Positions 57,709-64,000 of a stretch of 64,000 bases of DNA are shown here, piece after piece. Under the pieces are notes generated by a model, which had not been told where the DNA came from, searched no databases, and worked only from the letters and a program-made list of their open reading frames with translations. Position 1 is the stretch's first letter, and every line of letters starts with the position of its first letter. The position numbers and the translations under genes are program-made. The stretch spans positions 378,259 through 442,258 of the forward strand of contig CAZNUP010000001.1 of NCBI GenBank assembly GCA_964576435.1, read 5' to 3'. The stretch is from an uncultured Gammaproteobacteria bacterium. GTDB taxonomy: Bacteria > Patescibacteriota > Microgenomatia > JAMCZE01.

Positions 57709-59255
57709 TACTATTTTTAGCATTCTTGGTGCGTGGTTTTAACTTCGGTTCAAATCCACCATCCCTGAATTCTGACGAAGCTGCAATTGGCTACAACGCC
57801 TATTCCATTTTGAAAACCGGTAAAGACGAATATGGGCAATCTTTCCCATTAGCTTTCAGATCATTTGACGATTACAAGCCACCACTCTATATTTACTTAA
57901 CTGTTCCCTCAGTGGCCGTTTTTGGTCCTACAAGTTTCGGAATAAGATTGCCGGCCCTTATTTTGGGTCTCCTTTCAATTGTTTCAGTCTTTCTGTTGGT
58001 TAAAGAAGTATCGAAGAAATTCTATCTTGGAGCACTTGCCGCATTTCTTTTGGCAATAAGTCCCTGGCACATTCTTTTTTCAAAAGTGGCCTTTGAAGCA
58101 GGCGGATTAGTCTTTTTGTTCTCTTTAGGTTCCTATTTCTTTCTTAAAGCAAAAACTAGGCCCTGGTTTTATACAGGAGCTCTCATTTGTTTTGCTCTAG
58201 CTCCATTTTTGTATCAAGCAGGTAAAGTAATAGCTCCATTATTGGTTATTATTCTGATCTTAACTAACTGCTCCAAAAAACTATTAGTCTCAATTCTTTT
58301 TGCCATAGTTCTCTTACCCGGTTTTTTAACACTAGTATCAAGTGAAGGCTCACTTCGCTATAGAGGTTTAAGTGTTCTTAGTGACCCAGGTATTGAAAGC
58401 CAGACAACAAGCGACCGAAAAATTGACTGGCTTAGAGGGGACAACAAGTCCGCGCTTCTCTTCCACTCCGAGATAAAAACTGCCGGTCTTAAAGTTGCAA
58501 ACAACTACTTCTCATATTTTAGACCTGACTTTCTTTTTCTAGCAAATGGAGACAACAGATTACCATACGTCCCAGACACAGGATTTCTCTATCTAATTGA
58601 GCTTCCACTCCTTTTTATTGGTGTCTACTTTTTGTGGCGTAAAACTTCAAAGAACCTGGCCATTTTTATTACATTGTGGCTAGTGATAGCTCCAATTCCA
58701 GCAAGCATTGTAATTGGTTCACCAAATTCAATTAGAGCATCGTTAATGATTGTTCCTTTGTACACAATGATTGCCTATGGTATTTACTATTTAACAAAAG
58801 AATTTTCAAAAGTATCTAAGTTTGTCTTTCCAATTCTTTTTGCAATTTCTCTAGCATTTTATCTCCATGAGCTTTTGATTCATGCACCAGTTGTTAACAG
58901 TAAAACTTGGTATTACTCACTTGAAGACACAGTAAAGTACACGGAAAGTATAAAAGGGGGTTATGACAAAATTTATGTTTCTAACTCCATTGACGAACCA
59001 TATATTTTCTTTTTGCTTTACTCAGCAAAAGACCCAGCTAAGTATTTAAAACAAGGGGGCACTGTCTCTGGTGGATTTAAAGAAGATAGAAATAAATTTG
59101 ATAAATACAAATTCGTTTTCCTAGACTTTGAAAAACTAAAAAAACAACCAAATACTCTGATAGTTGGAACTCCCAAAGATTTTCCAAATGATGCTGTGCC
59201 ATCGAAGACCCTTAATTATTTAAATGGTGAACCTTCCATTTTCATTTTCCAATGA
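57675..59255 (+). CDS. GT-C (ArnT/PMT-like) glycosyltransferase
   Basis: DEAAIGYNAYSILKTGKDEYG, DYKPP and SPW motifs. Confidence 0.83.
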   Translation: MDTIKISILLLILFLAFLVRGFNFGSNPPSLNSDEAAIGYNAYSILKTGKDEYGQSFPLAFRSFDDYKPPLYIYLTVPSVAVFGPTSFGIRLPALILGLLSIVSVFLLVKEVSKKFYLGALAAFLLAISPWHILFSKVAFEAGGLVFLFSLGSYFFLKAKTRPWFYTGALICFALAPFLYQAGKVIAPLLVIILILTNCSKKLLVSILFAIVLLPGFLTLVSSEGSLRYRGLSVLSDPGIESQTTSDRKIDWLRGDNKSALLFHSEIKTAGLKVANNYFSYFRPDFLFLANGDNRLPYVPDTGFLYLIELPLLFIGVYFLWRKTSKNLAIFITLWLVIAPIPASIVIGSPNSIRASLMIVPLYTMIAYGIYYLTKEFSKVSKFVFPILFAISLAFYLHELLIHAPVVNSKTWYYSLEDTVKYTESIKGGYDKIYVSNSIDEPYIFFLLYSAKDPAKYLKQGGTVSGGFKEDRNKFDKYKFVFLDFEKLKKQPNTLIVGTPKDFPNDAVPSKTLNYLNGEPSIFIFQ

Positions 59256-60745
59256 AAACAAATTTAGTTTTAATCGCAATACTACTGCTTTCCAGCCTGC
59301 TGCGCTTTTACAACATCACTAAAGTTCCTCCCAATTTAAATTGGGACGAAGTGGCAATTGGCTATAACGCCTTTTCCATAAATGAAACGGGTAAAGATGA
59401 ATGGGGGAATAAGTACCCTGTTTTATTTAAATCTTTTGGTGACTATAAACCACCAGTCTATATTTATTCTGTAGCACTAGCAGAGAAACTATTCGGTCAG
59501 ACAGATTTTTCAGTTCGCTTGCCATCAGCTCTAGCTGGTATTTTTACTACTTGTGTAGTCTTCCTCTTGGTAAGAGAGCTTTTTAATTCTTCAAAAAAGA
59601 AAACAAAACTCGCACTGATGGCCGCTTTTTTATTTGCAGTTTCGCCATGGGCACTACAATTCAACAGGGCTGGATTTGAAGCAAGTCTCGCGTTATTTCT
59701 CGTAACAACTGGTGTTTATTTTTTTCTATTGGCATTGAAAGAAAAAATTATTTGGCTCCTACCATCATTAATCTTTTTTTCTTTGGCAACAGCCACTTAT
59801 CACAATGCTAGAATTTTTGTCCCACTTTTTGTAGGAGTTCTATTTTTGCTAAATTTCCGTTATCTATGGAAAAAGATATTGCCCATCGCTCTAATTTTAA
59901 TTTTTGTTTTTATTCTTAATATCCCTTATCTTGGAACCTGGGTTTCAAATGAAGGCAGAGCAAGATTTGTTTCAGAAAGTGTAATTAATCAGCCAGGTAA
60001 CTTAGTGGAAAACCTGCAAACTAACTATCTGGGCAATTTTAGTTCCGATTATTTGTTTTTCAGAGGCGATCAAAACGGTCGTCACTCCGTAAAAAAGCTC
60101 GGTCAAAATTATCTTTGGGAACTACCATTTTTCCTCTTTGGTGCTTATATCCTAATTAAAAAAAGAAACAAAGCATCGTGGCTAATAATTTCCTGGCTTC
60201 TTTTAGCTGCAATCCCTCCAACTATGACAAAAGTTTCTCCTCACGCTCTTCGTGGACTGTTGATGGTAATTCCTATTTTGACAATTACTGCTCTTGGGCT
60301 AGTAACAATTAACAGAAAAAAGCTGTTAACAGTTATTGTTCTGCCAATATTTCTCTTTTTCTTTGTCCTATATCTACACACTTACTTTGAACATTATCCA
60401 AAAGCCTACGCACTTGATTGGCAGGATGGTAGTAAGCAAGCAGTGGAGGATTTAACAAAACTAAGTCCAAGTTATGATCAGATTTTTGTACATCCATCAC
60501 TTGATCCAACTTTCATTCTTTTTTACAACTCTTACCCTCCAGAAAAATTATATGAAAAGCATCATGTGACCAAGAATTTAGGAAAATTCTATTATCATGA
60601 CTTAAATACTCAGCCAATAAAGAAAAATCCCACTAAGAAAAGTCTCATTTTAGCTCCCGCCACAACCACTCCAGGTAACTCAAAACAACTTGAAGAAATT
60701 GATATGACTAATGGTGAAGCCATTTTTAAAATATATGAATTTTAA
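59252..60745 (+). CDS. GT-C (ArnT/PMT-like) glycosyltransferase
   Basis: DEVAIGYNA, DYKPP, RLPSA and PHALR motifs. Confidence 0.83.
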   Translation: MKTNLVLIAILLLSSLLRFYNITKVPPNLNWDEVAIGYNAFSINETGKDEWGNKYPVLFKSFGDYKPPVYIYSVALAEKLFGQTDFSVRLPSALAGIFTTCVVFLLVRELFNSSKKKTKLALMAAFLFAVSPWALQFNRAGFEASLALFLVTTGVYFFLLALKEKIIWLLPSLIFFSLATATYHNARIFVPLFVGVLFLLNFRYLWKKILPIALILIFVFILNIPYLGTWVSNEGRARFVSESVINQPGNLVENLQTNYLGNFSSDYLFFRGDQNGRHSVKKLGQNYLWELPFFLFGAYILIKKRNKASWLIISWLLLAAIPPTMTKVSPHALRGLLMVIPILTITALGLVTINRKKLLTVIVLPIFLFFFVLYLHTYFEHYPKAYALDWQDGSKQAVEDLTKLSPSYDQIFVHPSLDPTFILFYNSYPPEKLYEKHHVTKNLGKFYYHDLNTQPIKKNPTKKSLILAPATTTPGNSKQLEEIDMTNGEAIFKIYEF

Positions 60746-61157
60746 TCCCTATACCTGTATAAATAGCCGAATCAAACTTGATCTTCCAAATCAGTTTTGG
60801 GAAGCAAGAAGCTTTGACGATCCAGGAAGTCTTTTGGCAAAAGTCCTTCACAACAAGGCTTATCTAATTTTCGATAACTACACGAGGTGTTACACCAGTT
60901 TCTTTTCCCCAGAAACTATTGCCATGGTTTTTACAATTGTAAGTGTTCCTCTATTTTTCGCAGGTATTTACTTCCTTATCTCGAAGAAGGTGTATTGGCC
61001 ATTAATTGTTCTTCTTTTATCTCCCATGCCGATATTATTTGAGTTTCCACAAAATACTTTCATTAGGCAAATTCCACTTTTGTTATCTCAATCTGCGATA
61101 ATGATATACGGTCTATGGCATTTATTAAAAACACTAAAGTCATCCTGGCGGGCATAG
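60735..61157 (+). CDS. Small membrane protein resembling the C-terminal half of neighbouring GT-Cs
   Basis: KVLHNK...Y..FFSPE parallels RFYHNK...YLSPRFLF (40345) and KILHNR...HLNPDYLF (61115). Confidence 0.6.
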   Translation: MNFNPYTCINSRIKLDLPNQFWEARSFDDPGSLLAKVLHNKAYLIFDNYTRCYTSFFSPETIAMVFTIVSVPLFFAGIYFLISKKVYWPLIVLLLSPMPILFEFPQNTFIRQIPLLLSQSAIMIYGLWHLLKTLKSSWRA

Positions 61158-62734
61158 TTTTGGTAGCTAGCCTTTTAAGGCTTTTTAATCTTGGAACTAA
61201 TCCACCTGCACTATACTGGGACGAAAGCAGTTTAGGTTTTAATGCGTTTGCAATTTCTGAAAGCCTGCATGATGAACATGGGGAATTTTTACCGTTTTCC
61301 AGGTTCATTGCGTATGGTGACTACAAGCCACCTCTCTATATTTATGCGGCCGCACCTTTTGTAAAAATATTTGGATTAAATGAGTTTACAACTCGTTTAC
61401 CGTCAGCCCTTTCAGGTATTGCTTTAACAGTTCTTGGTTATTTCCTGGTTTTAGAAATACTAAGATCTTCCAAATTAAGAAAGAGAGCAGCTCTTTTAAC
61501 AAGTTTCATAATTGCAATTTCCCCTTGGATGCTTCAAATATCAAGGGCAGCCTTTGAAGCAAACCTAGCAACGGCTCTCATGTGTGCTGGGGTCCTATTT
61601 CTGTTAAAGTTTTTTAGAACCTACGAATATAAATTCCTTTTTCTTGGTGGTTTGTTTGCGACTCTTCCTGTATACACGTTTAATTCCCACAGAGTTAGTA
61701 TCCCGCTTTTAGTTGGTTTAATTTTTATCTTAAATCTCAAACGGCACCTTCCTTGGAAAAAATTGATCATTTTGGTGGCTTTCATGGGAGTTTTAGTTTT
61801 ACCAGCAATTCCTCATTTAGTTTCCCCAGAAGGTAGGTTGCGTTTCCAAGAAGTTGCTTGGGTAAATGATCTTGCACCCATTATTCAGTCCAATGATCGG
61901 ATTGCAACAGATAGTGGAAGTTTAGCGGGAAAAATTCTGCACAACCGCCGGATCGTCTACGGTTTAGAATTTCTAAACCATTTTTCGGATCATTTAAATC
62001 CGGACTATCTATTTGTGTCAGGGGACGAGAATCCAAAGTTATCAATACAAAAAATAGGGGAGTTCTATTGGTTTGATTTAGCTCTCATCCTTTTGGGCCT
62101 AGTCTTTCTTATAAAATTTCAAAAAAAAGCAGGCCTTCTTCTTGTTGGCTGGATCATTATTGGGATAATTCCAGCTGCCCTGGCAAGAGAAACTCCCCAT
62201 GCACTAAGAACTGCTGCAAGTCTTCCAGCTCCACAAATAATAATTGGCGTAGGACTTGCTTATGGAATGAGTCTTATAAGTGGAAAATATCGGAAATTAG
62301 CAGCTGCTGTTCTCAGTATTATTGTCGTGCTTTTCTTAGCAAACTATCTGACCCTCTACTACAAATGGTACCCGCTTCGTTATGCTTCAGCTTGGCAATA
62401 CGGTTATAAACAGATGGTTTTGGAAGTTACCAAAGATCTCCCAAGATATAAAGGCGTGGTAGTGACTAAGGAATTGGGTCGCCCCTATATTTATTTCCTT
62501 TTCTACAATCAAGTTACCCCAGAAGAATATTTAAAAAATTCCGATGTCACTCATGATTCGTTTGGGTTTTATGACGTTAACCGTTTTGGGAAAATCTATT
62601 TCACCGAATCAGATAAGCCTGGTAAGGGATGGTTGTATGTGAGAGTTCCAGGAAAAAGTCCTCAAGGATCAAAAGTGATAAAGACAATTACAGATTTAGA
62701 GGGCAAAAAAGTATTTGAAATAAGTACAAGATGA
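61115..62734 (+). CDS. GT-C (ArnT/PMT-like) glycosyltransferase
   Basis: DESSLGFNA, DYKPP, RLPSA and PHALR motifs. Confidence 0.83.
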   Translation: MAFIKNTKVILAGIVLVASLLRLFNLGTNPPALYWDESSLGFNAFAISESLHDEHGEFLPFSRFIAYGDYKPPLYIYAAAPFVKIFGLNEFTTRLPSALSGIALTVLGYFLVLEILRSSKLRKRAALLTSFIIAISPWMLQISRAAFEANLATALMCAGVLFLLKFFRTYEYKFLFLGGLFATLPVYTFNSHRVSIPLLVGLIFILNLKRHLPWKKLIILVAFMGVLVLPAIPHLVSPEGRLRFQEVAWVNDLAPIIQSNDRIATDSGSLAGKILHNRRIVYGLEFLNHFSDHLNPDYLFVSGDENPKLSIQKIGEFYWFDLALILLGLVFLIKFQKKAGLLLVGWIIIGIIPAALARETPHALRTAASLPAPQIIIGVGLAYGMSLISGKYRKLAAAVLSIIVVLFLANYLTLYYKWYPLRYASAWQYGYKQMVLEVTKDLPRYKGVVVTKELGRPYIYFLFYNQVTPEEYLKNSDVTHDSFGFYDVNRFGKIYFTESDKPGKGWLYVRVPGKSPQGSKVIKTITDLEGKKVFEISTR

Positions 62735-64000
62735 AAAAGCTATTAGTTCTTGGTTTTATCTTTTATGTTTTTCTCTCTTGGGTCGTGTTCTTTAGGTTTG
62801 AGTGGGCTCTTTCAATCTATGCCAAAAATTATCCCGATGTCGCCCTTTTATTGCCACAAATTAGAGATTTTCTTCTTAAACTTTATCTAAACACCGTCCC
62901 CACTTTGCTTTTTGGGGCTTTGGTTGTTGGCTTGTTTGCTGCCTACTTGTATAGCCTAAGAGACAAATTGACTGCTAAATCAGTCATCATCTACGCAATT
63001 CTTTTTCAAATTATTGTCCTTTTTTCCTATCCAATTCTTTCAACTGATATTTATGGCTACATAGTTTCAGATAGGCTAGCCATTGTTCACAATTCTAACG
63101 TTTGGACAACGAAACCGAATGCGTTCCCGGAAGACAAGTTTTACAATTTAGCTGATTACACAGATCAAGTTAGAATTTATGGACCGGTAAATCAGGGTAT
63201 TTATGCTATCCCCACAGTTTTATCTGGAGACGATGTCTTAACGAATGTTTTAGTTCACAAACTTGTGGTTATGGTTTTTGTCATAGCTAGTTTGTTTGTA
63301 GTGAAAAAAATAAATTCTGATCCGAAAATTTTGGCACTAATTTTTTGGAACCCTCTTCTAGTTTTAGAAACTGCAGGTTCAGGTCACAACGACATAATAA
63401 TGCTGTTTTTCCTACTCCTTTGTTATTTGTTCTTTACTAATAAGCGCTATCTCTTAGCGGGTCTTATGGCCGCTCTTTCAGTGCAAGTTAAGGCAACACC
63501 ACTGCTCCTATTGCCTTTTATTTTTATATTTTTTATCAAAAATACCAGTTGGAAAGCTATGCTTCAATTCTTCGTGTCATTCGTGGCGGTTTATCTAATA
63601 ACTTTCTTGCCAATGCAGACATCCTTTGGTGCGCTTTTAAGTCGTCAAGCACAAGCAACCGGTGCCTATTGGCAATCATTGCCACTATTAATTGACAGGT
63701 ACATTCAACCATTAGCATTCTTATTAAAAATAGCCTTGCCCTTAGTCTTATTAGTCCAGGCGACCAGGACATTTCTTGGAGAAAATCCATGGAGAATGTT
63801 TGTCCAAACGCTATTTATCTATCTTCTTTTCTTCTTGCCAACTCTTTGGAACTGGTATCCACTTTGGGTATTAGCTCTTGCCCCGCTGCTATTTTCTCTT
63901 AAGTCCCGCACAGTTTGGGCCATAGTTGGAATGACCTTTGGCGCCCTTTTTGCATACGTTGTCTATTGGACAGGTCAAAGAATTGATTACTTTCAAAGCC
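62731..64000 (+). CDS. GT-C glycosyltransferase, MptA/MptB-like (runs off the window, absent from ORF track)
   Basis: MKKLLVLG... starts at an ATGA overlap; YPILSTDIYGY, IYGP and WNPLLVLE...GHND motifs. Confidence 0.78.
   Translation, partial: MKKLLVLGFIFYVFLSWVVFFRFEWALSIYAKNYPDVALLLPQIRDFLLKLYLNTVPTLLFGALVVGLFAAYLYSLRDKLTAKSVIIYAILFQIIVLFSYPILSTDIYGYIVSDRLAIVHNSNVWTTKPNAFPEDKFYNLADYTDQVRIYGPVNQGIYAIPTVLSGDDVLTNVLVHKLVVMVFVIASLFVVKKINSDPKILALIFWNPLLVLETAGSGHNDIIMLFFLLLCYLFFTNKRYLLAGLMAALSVQVKATPLLLLPFIFIFFIKNTSWKAMLQFFVSFVAVYLITFLPMQTSFGALLSRQAQATGAYWQSLPLLIDRYIQPLAFLLKIALPLVLLVQATRTFLGENPWRMFVQTLFIYLLFFLPTLWNWYPLWVLALAPLLFSLKSRTVWAIVGMTFGALFAYVVYWTGQRIDYFQS

Noticed and set aside
63557-63790. 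77-aa minus-strand ORF
   Set aside because: Antisense to the GT-C gene running from 62731 off the window end.
1-64000. Alternative genetic code (UGA=Gly) as in some CPR lineages
   Set aside because: Many conserved genes end at TGA with ATGA overlaps and are full length under code 11.

Overview
AT-rich, densely coded bacterial chromosome segment using the standard code (TGA is used as a stop). Gene content and style point to Patescibacteria/CPR, probably Microgenomates (inference from the short AspRS, N-terminal-only TsaB, ~290-nt RNase P RNA, apparently leaderless genes and a very large GT-C cluster). There are three blocks. (1) 1-21 kb, housekeeping and envelope genes: ftsX with a coiled-coil hydrolase, rnpB, secDF, cca, recJ, aspS with an unusually small T-box, D,D-carboxypeptidase, dinB, tsaE/B and a class III aminotransferase. 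(2) 21-31.5 kb, a candidate extracellular fibre locus: four secreted paralogues built from a ~90-aa Asn/Gly-rich repeat with Cys-pair linkers, a sortase with IPATG/LSKTA substrates, and a convergent TasA/SipW-type operon. It also holds a DUF2292 small gene and two recurring leader RNA motifs (a CCG-N4-CGG hairpin that competes with downstream stems, and CUGCCCA-loop hairpins), suggesting an undescribed attenuation system. (3) 33.4-64 kb, a surface glycosylation cluster with ~14 GT-C, 6 GT2, 1 GT4, GtrA and a Wzx flippase. No rRNA, tRNA, CRISPR array or mobile element was recognised. All family calls come from motif recognition, not database searches.
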